DNA of 64,000 bases, from assembly GCA_965277715.1 (NCBI GenBank), contig OZ255836.1:1920001-1984000 (forward strand), in the 5' to 3' direction. The stretch comes from Gammaproteobacteria bacterium (GTDB lineage Bacteria > Pseudomonadota > Gammaproteobacteria > JBCCGL01). Under the pieces are notes generated by a model. The model ran no database searches. It had not been told where the DNA came from and worked only from the letters and a program-made list of their open reading frames with translations. Of the stretch, positions 21,290 through 31,451 are shown piece after piece. How positions within the stretch are numbered: position 1 is the stretch's first letter; each line of letters begins with the position of its first letter. The position numbers were made by a program, and so were the translations under genes.

Positions 21290-21428
21290 GGAACGTGTAT
21301 AAAATAAGTTCCGGGACGCGTAAATGCACCAATTTACCTTATGGCTGAGTCGCCGTGAGTGTACTATTAAAAAATGACACACTATTGAAATAATATAATA
21401 AAAACGGAAGTTGTTTCGTGCACGTTCC
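21290..21428. mobile_element. MITE family A, complete 139-bp copy
   Basis: Terminal inverted repeats GGAACGTGTATAAAATAA ... TTGTTTCGTGCACGTTCC with TAA on both flanks; homologous to 34595-34913 and 32952-33004. Confidence 0.82.
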
Positions 21429-23047
21429 TAAGCACTCGCTGATTTGGCAATTTTCTCAACAAACAGACCACCGTTACCTGCTTTCTGCTGAGGCATATTT
21501 TGTTGTGAAGCCCGTCGTTTTTTTGCAGCAAGCTGCGTATTGCTCACCTGAGAAATTGCCTTGCCGGTAAAAAACACCAGAGATTTCGTCTCCTTATACG
21601 CTTGTTCGTCAATCGATACCTCACCACCAACACAATCAGAATACACTAACCCCAATGGGCGATTACCACAAAAAAGCGATGTACAAATAAAATCTTCAGA
21701 ACACATACTGTGAAAAAAACCATCTGGAATTAAAGGGCGAAATTTAATGAAATTTTCAGCATTAATCCAAACACTGCCAGGTTTTTTCATCAACGAAGTA
21801 AATAAAGTATTACCAACACAGGAAAACCGAACCTTTTTAGCCAATGCAGCATCGACACCCTTAGACATTTTTACAGATAGATTTTCACGACCCGCATCAA
21901 ACATGGCAAAAGCTACGCGCTGCATATTGACCCCTTTATGCAACCCATCAATCATTGTATTGATCAACTCAGTAGCATTTGATTCGCCTGATATTGCACG
22001 CGCTTTAATTTTCTCAATACCCTGCGCATAAATTTTACTACGCTGTATTTTCTGCAAATCCTCTTCCCGGTTAGTTTCTATTGCCGCTTCAGTACTGGGG
22101 TTAGCCGTATCGGCCACATCAGATTCAGCCACCGCATTACGTTTTGCATTGTGTTTATCAGCGCATTCGCGTACCTCGTATGCCTCCTGCACCAGTTGCG
22201 CGGCAAACACAGGCGGTGCATGCAACAAAGACTGTCGTGCGATAGTTAATGTAGTTTGATACAGTTCACGGCATACGCGGTCAGGGCTTATATTCAAGTA
22301 ATCGGCGATGAGCGCCTGGCACTCGGCCATATCACGGTGGTGCCAACCAAATTCAGCCAACCGCACACACTCCGACGCTAACATAACACCTTGTGCACGG
22401 TAAAAATGGTAGCGTTGGGGGTTCATTGCATCGATGATTATATCGGCCAGAAACCAGTGCTGGGCAAGCTGCTCGCTCAGTTGCAGTAAACTAAAACCGA
22501 GCACTTGAATTGACGCAGACGACTGTGAAATATGTTTTTCACTGGCACAAAGGCGAATTTTTTCAAATATATCATGGTGGTGAACACAGAGCGCAAGCTC
22601 GCCTATATCCCTGAGTAAAGCCGCTACCCTGGGCTCTTCCGGCACCGGGTCATTTCTTAGTTTTGCCCAGTTATTGGAGAATTCAGCCGCGTGAAGTGAT
22701 CGATCAAGTAGTTGATAGTAATCGGACACTGTTTTTTCATCGGTAATTTTATGCTCCAGTACACTGACATGGCCAATCAGGTTGCTTACTGCATTTTCAC
22801 CCATTAAATTTATCGCGCTGATAACCGAAGAAATTTCCAGTGGATTTTCGGATTTGGAACGAATTCGGTTGACCCGGCGCAATACCAGCATACTCAAAGC
22901 CGGATCCAACATAATTAAATCAGCGGCAGCAGCTAAGCTACGTTTATTATACTTTAGCAGGCGTTGGCAGGTGGCAAAGCGGTTTTCAGCGACCGGAAGT
23001 GGTTTGTCCGCGAGCTTTCTGGCAAAAATATCGAGATCGTTCTTCAT
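21428..23047 (-). CDS. HDOD-domain signalling protein with a C-terminal GAF-like region
   Basis: DPAL..VLRRVN, AINLMG, ALLRDIGE, LAQHWFL; C-terminal PLGLVYSD. Confidence 0.78.
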   Translation of the reverse strand: MKNDLDIFARKLADKPLPVAENRFATCQRLLKYNKRSLAAAADLIMLDPALSMLVLRRVNRIRSKSENPLEISSVISAINLMGENAVSNLIGHVSVLEHKITDEKTVSDYYQLLDRSLHAAEFSNNWAKLRNDPVPEEPRVAALLRDIGELALCVHHHDIFEKIRLCASEKHISQSSASIQVLGFSLLQLSEQLAQHWFLADIIIDAMNPQRYHFYRAQGVMLASECVRLAEFGWHHRDMAECQALIADYLNISPDRVCRELYQTTLTIARQSLLHAPPVFAAQLVQEAYEVRECADKHNAKRNAVAESDVADTANPSTEAAIETNREEDLQKIQRSKIYAQGIEKIKARAISGESNATELINTMIDGLHKGVNMQRVAFAMFDAGRENLSVKMSKGVDAALAKKVRFSCVGNTLFTSLMKKPGSVWINAENFIKFRPLIPDGFFHSMCSEDFICTSLFCGNRPLGLVYSDCVGGEVSIDEQAYKETKSLVFFTGKAISQVSNTQLAAKKRRASQQNMPQQKAGNGGLFVEKIAKSASA

Positions 23048-23094
23048 TGAAATACTATCACCAAATTCAATTAGCTAGGTCATACCAGGTATTT

Positions 23095-23712
23095 TTATGC
23101 GGTCGTACTGGGGGTATTTTTTGGTTGAAGCGATTTCATTTTCAGATAGTGGATGTGCCCTATTAATGCCTCGCGGTCGGTTTCATCAATACAGGTAAAT
23201 TTTGCACCCGTTGAAAAATTACCCAACAGCCGACCACTACCGGCCACATTACAATTAATGGTTTCGACAATTGCCATCATGCGCAAACGCCCAGGAAAAA
23301 ACTGCATTTTTAAAATATAGTGCTGGCCGATTGGCGACAAGGCATCTGTACCAAAGTTAATGCCGCTGGCAGAGATATTTACTCTATGGGTAGGAAACGG
23401 TTCCAATTGAACGCTGCGCCCGATAACGGTGTTGGCCAGCATATCGATGCGTGACTCCAATCCCGTTAAATATTCAACCACTTCAGGGTATCGCTCCTGT
23501 AAACCCTGCATTACCAGTGCACTTTTTTCTTGCTCCTGACGGATATAATACGGCAACATAAAGTGATGGCGCTCATGGTCAAAGTTTTCTATCGCTGCGC
23601 TCAATTCCTCTTCAGGCAAGGCATTAACATTGAGGGAAATCGCATCGTATATGCGGATATGCTGTCGCTTTTCTTCAGCTTTTTGTGGTTTTTCATTCAT
23701 ACATTTCTCCAC
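23095..23712 (-). CDS. PilZ-domain c-di-GMP effector
   Basis: RQHIR (RxxxR) and NISASG (D/NxSxxG) motifs. Confidence 0.82.
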   Translation of the reverse strand: MEKCMNEKPQKAEEKRQHIRIYDAISLNVNALPEEELSAAIENFDHERHHFMLPYYIRQEQEKSALVMQGLQERYPEVVEYLTGLESRIDMLANTVIGRSVQLEPFPTHRVNISASGINFGTDALSPIGQHYILKMQFFPGRLRMMAIVETINCNVAGSGRLLGNFSTGAKFTCIDETDREALIGHIHYLKMKSLQPKNTPSTTA

Positions 23713-23747
23713 TATGTGAATTTAAACGGCACTCAACCAAAATCATC

Positions 23748-24626
23748 TTATTGCCCCAGTTTAGATTTAATTGCCGACTGAGTGCTTTCATCGCCTATCA
23801 CCAGAATCTCCACACGACGGTTTTTTGCCCGGTTTGCGTTCGTTTTGTTGTCGACAAGCGGTAACATATCCGCATGGGCACGAATTTCTACACGTTGAGG
23901 TGAAACGCCGCCCTTGGATGTCATAAAGTGCACAACATTAGCAGCACGCGCAGCAGACAAAATCCAGTTAGAGGGAAATATTCTTGTTCGAATAGGTATA
24001 TTATCGGTATGCCCCGCTACCGAAATTTTTCCTTCTATTGTATTTAAGGCTTTACTCACACGCTGCATAACAGGGTAAAATTCTTTTTGTATTTCGGCAC
24101 TGCCTGATGAAAAAGACCCTTTCTCGCGGATGCGTATAACAATTTGTGTATCCTGCGTATCTACTTCGACCAACCCTTCCTCGATTTCTTTTTTCAATGC
24201 CTCCTTTATTTCCTCCGCTTTTTGCCTGGCCTTTTCAGCCAATTCTTCTTTCAAATTTTCCATATCCATACTGCCAGCATTTTTTGATGCATTATTCTTG
24301 GTTTCTGAATCGGTAAAATCCAAATTTTGTTTAAACTCTTTGGTCGTCACCTGGCGCACTTCGGGGATCGGTGTCGGTTTTGGCTTGCCAGGGCTGAATT
24401 CTTTGGCAATAACGCTTGTGCCTTTCGGTATTTCATCTGCTTTTATTTCACGCTGTACACCAAAAGCGAATTTCATCGAACCGGCAACCTGTTTGTACTT
24501 AAGTACGTCCATCTCGGAAAACGACAGTAGCAATACAAAGAAACACATTAGCAATGACATTAAATCGGCAAATGTCATAATCCAGCCAGCGGCCACTTCA
24601 CATTTTGGGCAATCGTCCTCTTCCAC
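23748..24626 (-). CDS. motB: Flagellar stator B subunit (PomB/MotB)
   Basis: WIMTFADLMSLLMCFFVLL TM with conserved Asp; OmpA-like GHTD...NRRVEI. Confidence 0.93.
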   Translation of the reverse strand: MEEDDCPKCEVAAGWIMTFADLMSLLMCFFVLLLSFSEMDVLKYKQVAGSMKFAFGVQREIKADEIPKGTSVIAKEFSPGKPKPTPIPEVRQVTTKEFKQNLDFTDSETKNNASKNAGSMDMENLKEELAEKARQKAEEIKEALKKEIEEGLVEVDTQDTQIVIRIREKGSFSSGSAEIQKEFYPVMQRVSKALNTIEGKISVAGHTDNIPIRTRIFPSNWILSAARAANVVHFMTSKGGVSPQRVEIRAHADMLPLVDNKTNANRAKNRRVEILVIGDESTQSAIKSKLGQ

Positions 24627-24665
24627 GGCTATATCACTCGCATTCGTCGTTGAAAGACCACTGAA

Positions 24666-25427
24666 TTACTTCGCTTCACTGGATTCGCGTTTACTTTCTG
24701 GCAGGAAGGCAAACAGTATTTGTTCGAGCACACGCGGGTTCATACCCTCCTGGATACCGGAAATGGATTCAAGGATGAGTACTTTATTGAGCTTTTCCTC
24801 GTTGTTTCTCAAGCTCAGTTTGTCTGCCATTGGCAGTGCCACGGCATTTGAAATGATCGCGCCATAGAGTGTTGTCAGTAGCGCAACAGCCATCGATGGC
24901 CCGATTGTTTTAGGGTCGTCCATATTGGCCAACATCGATACCAAACCAATCAGTGTACCGATCATTCCCATGGCGGGCGCCGCATCACCCGATGCTTTAA
25001 ACATGCCAATCCCGACATCGTGCCGCTCTATGGTCAGGTTGATGTCTTTGGCGAGCATTTTTTGCACAACTTCTGGTGGGTGTCCGTCGATACACAAACC
25101 AATTCCCTTTTTCAGAAATGGGTGGGTAATCTCTTTGCCCTCCAGGGCCAAAACGCCTTCTTTGCGGGCGATGTTTGCCAGGTCAACCGCTTCGGTAATT
25201 AAGTGATTGGGTGAGATGCTTTTAAATAAGAACGATTTCATCGCGATTTTAAAAGACCCGATAAACTGGCCTAAGGTAAAGCGAAACAGGGTGGCAAAGA
25301 TGGTTCCACCGATGACGATGACCAATGATGGTGTATCGACGAACCCCATTAGGTCGCCACCGAGGAGAATTGCCATAACAATTACTCCAAGTGCACCTAG
25401 AAGCCCGATAATTGTGGCTAAGTCCAC
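24666..25427 (-). CDS. pomA: Flagellar stator A subunit (PomA-like)
   Basis: MDLATIIG, ARKEGVLALE, APAMGMIGTLIGLV, AVALLTTLYG. Confidence 0.92.
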   Translation of the reverse strand: MDLATIIGLLGALGVIVMAILLGGDLMGFVDTPSLVIVIGGTIFATLFRFTLGQFIGSFKIAMKSFLFKSISPNHLITEAVDLANIARKEGVLALEGKEITHPFLKKGIGLCIDGHPPEVVQKMLAKDINLTIERHDVGIGMFKASGDAAPAMGMIGTLIGLVSMLANMDDPKTIGPSMAVALLTTLYGAIISNAVALPMADKLSLRNNEEKLNKVLILESISGIQEGMNPRVLEQILFAFLPESKRESSEAK

Positions 25428-25524
25428 GGTATTACCCCTTTTGCATCGTTGTTTACATTTCGATGTGGCGCTTAGGCAATATGCCGGAGGCCAGGTATCG
25501 ACGGATTTGGTATTGACCCAGCAG

Positions 25525-25551
25525 TCATCGGCATGTGCGGTGTGTTCTTTA
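25525..25551 (-). promoter_or_regulatory. Sigma28 promoter of the pomA operon
   Basis: Minus strand TAAA-gaacacaccgcacat (15 nt)-GCCGATGA; stator genes are typical FliA targets. Confidence 0.8.
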
Positions 25552-25560
25552 GGGGAATAT

Positions 25561-25604
25561 TGGGTTTTCCCTGGTGGTTGGGTGGGTTTTTCCTGATGGT
25601 TGGG
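25561..25604. repeat. Tandem 22-bp direct repeat next to the sigma28 promoter
   Basis: TGGGTTTTCCCTGGTGGTTGGG then TGGGTTTTTCCTGATGGTTGGG (20/22 identical). Confidence 0.7.
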
Positions 25605-25735
25605 GTGGTAGGGAGAAGCTATAGGTGGTGCGTACTGAATGACTTAACGGGGGAGCTTTGTTAGAAAATCAGGTGGTAGTAAAGAATGTGGGAGGGGTTA
25701 CAGGGTTTCACTCGCGATGGTTTGGTGTTTTTCTT

Positions 25736-25797
25736 TACGCTTTGCAAAGCCAAGGCCCAAACACAGCTTTGCCTGGACAGTGGCTTTGCAGAGCGTA
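25736..25797. other. Stem-loop downstream of folD
   Basis: TACGCTTTGCAAAGCCA ... TGGCTTTGCAGAGCGTA, 16/17 complementary, 28-nt loop; no U-tract on the folD strand. Confidence 0.5.
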
Positions 25798-25829
25798 TCA
25801 CTTGGCTATAAGCGATACGCCGCTAAAGA

Positions 25830-26708
25830 TTAGGCAGGTACTTCAACGCCATTCAGGCGGCAAGCCTGCTGCATGGCGTTGTGCAGTAATACGGCAATTG
25901 TCATGGGGCCAACGCCACCGGGTACCGGGGTAATCGCGCCCGCCACTTGCGCAGCGCTGGAAAATTCCACATCGCCCACTAGTTTGGCTTTGCCCTGCTC
26001 ACCATCAATGCGGTTGATGCCTACGTCGATCACGGTAGCGCCAGGTTTTATCCAGTCACCCTTCACCATTTCCGGACGGCCAACCGCAGCCACGACAATA
26101 TCGGCTTGCCGACACATGGCGGGCAGGTCTTTCGTGCGTGAATGTGCAACAGTCACCGTACAGTTTTCCTGCAATAACAAGGCGGCCATCGGTTTGCCGA
26201 CGATGTTTGAACGGCCGACGACAACGGCATGTTTACCCGACAAATCACCGAGCCGGTCTTTTAATAACATCAACGACCCCAGTGGAGTGCACGGTACAAT
26301 GCCTTCAGCACCAATCGACAGGCGGCCTACATTGGTCAGGTGAAAACCATCGACATCTTTATCAGCACTGATGGAATTGATTACCGCCTCAGAATCAATC
26401 TGCGCCGGGAGCGGCAGTTGCACCAGAATACCGTGTACTGCGCTGTCGTTATTCAGTTGATCGATCAGCGCCAGCAATGCCTGTTGTGTGGTTTCTACCG
26501 GCAGTTTGTGCTCATAGGAGTTCATGCCACACTCAATCGTTTGTTTGCCCTTGCTGCGCACATATACCTGGCTGGCCGGGTCTTCACCCACCAATACCAC
26601 GGCAAGGCCCGGGGTTATAGCGTGCTGTTGCCTTATCGCCGCCACTTTGCGGGTAATTTCCACGCGCAGGTCTGCGGCAAACGCTTTACCATCAATAATA
26701 TTGCTCAT
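25830..26708 (-). CDS. folD: Methylene-THF dehydrogenase / cyclohydrolase
   Basis: [34 protein letters not shown]. Confidence 0.97.
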   Translation of the reverse strand: MSNIIDGKAFAADLRVEITRKVAAIRQQHAITPGLAVVLVGEDPASQVYVRSKGKQTIECGMNSYEHKLPVETTQQALLALIDQLNNDSAVHGILVQLPLPAQIDSEAVINSISADKDVDGFHLTNVGRLSIGAEGIVPCTPLGSLMLLKDRLGDLSGKHAVVVGRSNIVGKPMAALLLQENCTVTVAHSRTKDLPAMCRQADIVVAAVGRPEMVKGDWIKPGATVIDVGINRIDGEQGKAKLVGDVEFSSAAQVAGAITPVPGGVGPMTIAVLLHNAMQQACRLNGVEVPA

Positions 26709-26765
26709 TTGTTTTCTCTCTACTTTCTTGATTCAGAGCGCAGGCAACCCGGATGGTGGTTGAAT

Positions 26766-29519
26766 TTAAGCAACCATCAGGTTAACAGCACAAAACTTGA
26801 ATTCGGGTATCTTCCCAAACGGGTCGAGGGCATCGGTGGTCAATAGGTTAGCCGCCGCTTCGTGGTAGCAAAATGGGATAAATATCTCCCCCGGGTTAAC
26901 CCCTGTATCACTGCGGGCAAAAGCGGTGATACGCCCACGGCGCGAGGCGACGTTAATTTCCCCCCCCGCCTCAAGCCCCAACGAAACCAGATCGGCCGGG
27001 TTTACCGATACCACCGGCACTGGCTCCAGGGCATCGAGTATATTGGTGCGGCGTGTCATCGATCCCGTGTGCCAGTGTTCGAGCTGGCGCCCGGTGATCA
27101 GGACAAAGGGGTAGTCATCACTCGGTTGTTCATGGGCGCTGATTAGCTGGGCAGGTACTAGCCGCGCCCGGCCACTCGCCGTCGGGAAGTCCTGTTTGAA
27201 CACGACCGTTTGGCCGGGGTCTTCGGCACTGGCACATGGGTAGGTTACCGAGCCCTGCTGGTTGAGACGCTCCCAGGTAATGCCGCTGATGCTGGGCATC
27301 GCGCCACGCATTTCCTCGTAGACTTCACTGATATGCTGGTATTGCCAATCCAGCCCTAAGCGCTGGGCAATGTCGCGAATGATCCATATATCCTGACGCG
27401 CTTCGCCCGGCATCGGCACCGCCGCCCGCCCCAGTTGCACACGCCGGTCAGTATTGGTGACCGTGCCGTCTTTCTCCGCCCAGCCAGAGGCCGGCAGTAT
27501 TACGTCGGCATAGGCACAGGTTTCGGTGAGGAAGATATCCTGCACCACCAGGTGTTTGAGTGCCGCCAATGCGGCCCGCGCATGGTTGAGGTTAGGGTCT
27601 GACATGGCTGGGTTTTCGCCCATGATGTACATCCCGCTGATACTGCCCTCAAGCGCGGCGTGCATGATTTCAACCACGGTCAACCCCGGTGTATTGTCCA
27701 GTGAAGCCCCCCAGTATTGTTCAAAGCGGGCGTGCACATCGGTATTGTCAACCCGTTGATAGTCGGGGAATACCATCGGTATCAAGCCGGCATCCGAAGC
27801 GCCCTGCACATTGTTTTGGCCGCGCAATGGGTGCAAACCAGTGCCGGGGCGACCAATCTGGCCGGTGATCATCGATAAGGCAATCAGGCAGCGGGCATTG
27901 TCGGTGCCGTGTATATGCTGGGAAATCCCCATTCCCCAAAAGATCATTGAGCTTTTTGAGGTGGCATACAGGTGCGCCACTTCACGCACGGTCTCTGCCG
28001 GTATGCCGGTAATCGCCGCCATTTTTTCCGGGCTGAAGTCGGCCACATTGGCTTTCAATGCCTCAAAATCGGTGGTGCGGTTGGCGATAAATTCATCGTC
28101 AGTCAGGCCATCGGCAATAATCACATGCAGCATTGAATTCAGCAGGGCGACATCGGTATCCGGTTTGAATTGCAAAAAGTGGCTGGCGTGGCGCGCCACG
28201 TCGGTGCGCCGGGGGTCCATCAGTATCAGTTTCTTACCCTGTTTTACCGCATTTTTCATAAATGTGGCCGCTACCGGGTGGTTGGTGGTTGGGTTTGAGC
28301 CAATGACCACGATCACTTCGGCATTCGCCACATCGTCGACTTGGTTGGATACAGCCCCCGAGCCAATACCTTCCAATAAGGCGACAACGCTGGAGGCGTG
28401 GCACAAGCGGGTACAGTGGTCGACATTGTTAATGCCAAACCCCACGCGCACCAGTTTTTGGAATAAATACGCTTCTTCATTGCTGCCTTTGGCCGAGCCA
28501 AAGCCTGCCAACTGTGAGCTGCCTTGTGTATCGCGAATCGCTTGTAAACCGCCAGCGGCAAGCTCCAGTGCCTCTTCCCAGCTCGCCTCGCGGAACATGG
28601 TCAGCGGGTTGGCGGGGTCGAAGTGTTCATTCAATCCCTTGGGTATACCCTCCCGCCGGATCAGGGGTGTGGTCAGCCGGTTGGGGTGGGCGACATAGTC
28701 GAAACCATAGCGCCCTTTCACACACAAGCGGCTAAAGTTGGCCGGGCCGTCACGGCCTTCGACACGGACGATCTTGTCGTCTTTGACGTGGTAGGTAAGC
28801 AGGCAGCCAACGCCGCAGTAAGGGCACACCGAATCGACTTTTTTCTCCGCTTCCACCAGGTGCGCACCACTGGCATTGCTCAGCGCCCCTGTTGGACAGG
28901 CGGCCACGCACTCGCCGCAGGCGACGCAGGAGCTTTGCCCCATTGGGTCGCCAATATCAAACACAATCTCCGCGTGGTGGCCCCGCTGGGCCAGGCCGAT
29001 CACGTCGTTCACCTGGGTCTCCCGGCAGGCGCGCAGGCAGCGTGTGCATTGAATGCAGGCGTCGAGGTTGACGGCGATGGCCGGGTGCGAGTAATCGGCC
29101 TTTGGTTGTTCACGCGGCGCAAAGCGCGGCGCGCCAACATCGAGTTTTTTCGCCCAGCCGGTGAGTTCATTATCCAGGGTATAGGTCTGCTCTGGCATAT
29201 CACCCAGCAACAGTTCGAGCACCAGCTTTTGCGATTTACGCGCACGGGCATTGTGTGTGTGCACCACCATGCCGGGGCTTGGTTCGCGGATACAACTGGG
29301 CGCGAGTACGCGCTCGCCTTCAATTTCGACAACACAGGCACGGCAGTTGCCATCGGCGCGCAAGCCGTCGGTGTAGCACAGGTGGGGAATTTCTGTACCC
29401 AGGCGTTGGGCCGCTTTGAGAATTGTTTCACCCGGCAGTGCTTCTACACTGTGGCCGTCGAGGGTAAAGGCGACCGGTTCCAGATCGGGTAGTGGGTTGA
29501 TTTGTGCGTTGCTCGCCAT
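26766..29519 (-). CDS. fdhF: NAD-linked formate dehydrogenase alpha subunit (Mo/W-bisPGD, Cys ligand)
   Basis: N-terminal 2Fe-2S and 4Fe-4S domains, CPYCGVGC, DHCTRLCH, LRGQNNVQG, PEFKFCA. Confidence 0.93.
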   Translation of the reverse strand: MASNAQINPLPDLEPVAFTLDGHSVEALPGETILKAAQRLGTEIPHLCYTDGLRADGNCRACVVEIEGERVLAPSCIREPSPGMVVHTHNARARKSQKLVLELLLGDMPEQTYTLDNELTGWAKKLDVGAPRFAPREQPKADYSHPAIAVNLDACIQCTRCLRACRETQVNDVIGLAQRGHHAEIVFDIGDPMGQSSCVACGECVAACPTGALSNASGAHLVEAEKKVDSVCPYCGVGCLLTYHVKDDKIVRVEGRDGPANFSRLCVKGRYGFDYVAHPNRLTTPLIRREGIPKGLNEHFDPANPLTMFREASWEEALELAAGGLQAIRDTQGSSQLAGFGSAKGSNEEAYLFQKLVRVGFGINNVDHCTRLCHASSVVALLEGIGSGAVSNQVDDVANAEVIVVIGSNPTTNHPVAATFMKNAVKQGKKLILMDPRRTDVARHASHFLQFKPDTDVALLNSMLHVIIADGLTDDEFIANRTTDFEALKANVADFSPEKMAAITGIPAETVREVAHLYATSKSSMIFWGMGISQHIHGTDNARCLIALSMITGQIGRPGTGLHPLRGQNNVQGASDAGLIPMVFPDYQRVDNTDVHARFEQYWGASLDNTPGLTVVEIMHAALEGSISGMYIMGENPAMSDPNLNHARAALAALKHLVVQDIFLTETCAYADVILPASGWAEKDGTVTNTDRRVQLGRAAVPMPGEARQDIWIIRDIAQRLGLDWQYQHISEVYEEMRGAMPSISGITWERLNQQGSVTYPCASAEDPGQTVVFKQDFPTASGRARLVPAQLISAHEQPSDDYPFVLITGRQLEHWHTGSMTRRTNILDALEPVPVVSVNPADLVSLGLEAGGEINVASRRGRITAFARSDTGVNPGEIFIPFCYHEAAANLLTTDALDPFGKIPEFKFCAVNLMVA

Positions 29520-31228
29520 TAGTTGCTCTCCTCCACACCCACTTCGTGGGGGAAATATTTAATCACCGATAGCATCGGGTTGGGGGCCGCCTGGCCCAGG
29601 CCGCATATTGAGGCATCGACCATCACGGTGGTCAAATCGTTGAGCAATGCGACATCCCACTGTTCGGCCTGCATTAAACCACTGGCTTTTTCAGTGCCGA
29701 CCCGGCACGGGGTGCATTGGCCACAGGATTCGTGAGCGAAGAACTTCATCGAGTTTATCGCCGCCTGTTTAGCACTGTCTTTGTCAGACAGGACGATCAC
29801 CGCCGCCGAGCCAATAAAACTGCCGTAGGGCTGCAGGGTATCAAAATCGAGCGGCACATCACCCAGCGATGCAGGCAGAATACCGCCCGAAGCACCACCG
29901 GGAAAGTAACCGTAGAAGGTATGCCCATCGGGCATGCCACCGCAGTATTCATCGATCAGTTCACGCATGGTAATACCGGCTGGGGCCAGGTGTACGCCGG
30001 GCCTGTTCACGCGCCCGGACACAGAAAAACTGCGCAGACCTTTGCGGCCATTGCGCCCGTGCCCATCAAACCAGGCACTGCCCTTTTCAATCACATCGCG
30101 CACCCACCACAGGGTCTCGCAGTTGTGTTCCAGCGTGGGCCGGCCAAACAGACCCACTTGCGCCACATAGGGAGGGCGCAAACGGGGCATACCGCGCTTG
30201 CCTTCGATCGATTCGATCATCGCCGATTCTTCACCGCAGATATAAGCGCCCGCACCACGGCGAATATGGATAGCGGGGAGGTCGATTGCCAACCGGGACA
30301 AATCATCGACAGCGTGTTGCAGGGTGCGAATGACCGAGGGGTATTCATCGCGTATATAGATGTAACAGGTATCGATGCCGATAACGCGGGCGGCAATCAG
30401 CATACCTTCCAAAAAGCGGTGGGGGTCACTGAGCATATAGTGCCTGTCCTTAAAAGTGCCTGGCTCACCCTCGTCGATATTGACCGCCATCAGGCGCGGC
30501 GCCGACTGGCTGCGCAAAATACCCCATTTGCGTCCAACCGGGAAACCGGCACCTCCCAAGCCCCGCAGGGCGGTGTTTTCCAGCTCACTGATAATGGCGT
30601 CAGCCGTGGTTTCACCGTTGATGAGTTTGTGTAACAACGCGTAGCCACCCGCTGCCCGGTAGGCATCGAGGTGTACCGTATCGGCGCATAGGGGTTGTTC
30701 GGTGGTGCCATTGTCAACCGCCTGCTGCACGGTTTGCGGGTCGGCATTATCGACGGTGTATTGACCGACAACCGCTACCGGCGCTTTGTCGCAACGACCG
30801 ACACAGGGCACTCGCTGCACACGCACAGTTTCACCCAGCCCTTGCTCTAAGGCGGCAATCAATCCCTCGGCGCCCGCCATTTCACAACTGACCGATTCAC
30901 ACACGCGCACCGTCAGTGCGGGGGGGGCTGCCCCGGTCTCTCTGACGACATCGAAATGGTGATAAAAACTCGCCACTTCGTACACCTCTGTCGTCGACAG
31001 CTTCATCTCATGCGCCAGCGCCACCAGGTGTGTAGCGGATAAATGCTGGTAGTGATCCTGAATTTTGTGCAAGTGTTCAATCAGCAAATCCTTGTCCCGT
31101 GGGGTATCCTTTAACAGCGCTTTTACTTCCAATAGTGCATTGAGGTCGACTATCCGGCCTTTGGGTTTACCCCGTTTTTTTCTGCTGCGGTTGTCGGCAG
31201 GTTTATGACCGTTTTCTGCTGTCTGCAT
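29519..31228 (-). CDS. Formate dehydrogenase beta subunit (NuoE-like + NuoF-like fusion)
   Basis: VASFY..VCESVSC, LRGLGGAGFP, DEGEPGTFKD, GAGAYICGEE, ESCGQCTPCR. Confidence 0.92.
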   Translation of the reverse strand: MQTAENGHKPADNRSRKKRGKPKGRIVDLNALLEVKALLKDTPRDKDLLIEHLHKIQDHYQHLSATHLVALAHEMKLSTTEVYEVASFYHHFDVVRETGAAPPALTVRVCESVSCEMAGAEGLIAALEQGLGETVRVQRVPCVGRCDKAPVAVVGQYTVDNADPQTVQQAVDNGTTEQPLCADTVHLDAYRAAGGYALLHKLINGETTADAIISELENTALRGLGGAGFPVGRKWGILRSQSAPRLMAVNIDEGEPGTFKDRHYMLSDPHRFLEGMLIAARVIGIDTCYIYIRDEYPSVIRTLQHAVDDLSRLAIDLPAIHIRRGAGAYICGEESAMIESIEGKRGMPRLRPPYVAQVGLFGRPTLEHNCETLWWVRDVIEKGSAWFDGHGRNGRKGLRSFSVSGRVNRPGVHLAPAGITMRELIDEYCGGMPDGHTFYGYFPGGASGGILPASLGDVPLDFDTLQPYGSFIGSAAVIVLSDKDSAKQAAINSMKFFAHESCGQCTPCRVGTEKASGLMQAEQWDVALLNDLTTVMVDASICGLGQAAPNPMLSVIKYFPHEVGVEESN

Positions 31229-31451
31229 GAATAATCTCTGTATGAATTCTGGAACCCCTATATGAGAGGGGTCACAATAGATGCCTTATTGAACGGTATT
31301 TGGCAAAGATGCTCAATAGTTTAGCTCAACAATGTTATGCACACCCTGTCATCTGCGGGCGCTATCATATCGACTGAAGCGACCCCTGCATAGTCAGTGT
31401 CTTTGCCAACATCGACCTGCCAGTATGAATACCCGACTACACCTTTGATCG

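Noticed and set aside
26766-29519. Selenocysteine recoding in formate dehydrogenase
   Set aside because: The ORF is uninterrupted and the active-site motif has Cys (RLCH)
27811-30634. Long + strand ORFs of 289-305 aa
   Set aside because: Antisense shadows of the GC-rich formate dehydrogenase genes, with no recognisable motifs
31229-31451. Possible Moco, ZTP or THF riboswitch upstream of fdh-folD
   Set aside because: Only a small hairpin (ACCCCT...AGGGGT) is present; I could not recognise any riboswitch consensus. An Rfam search would settle it
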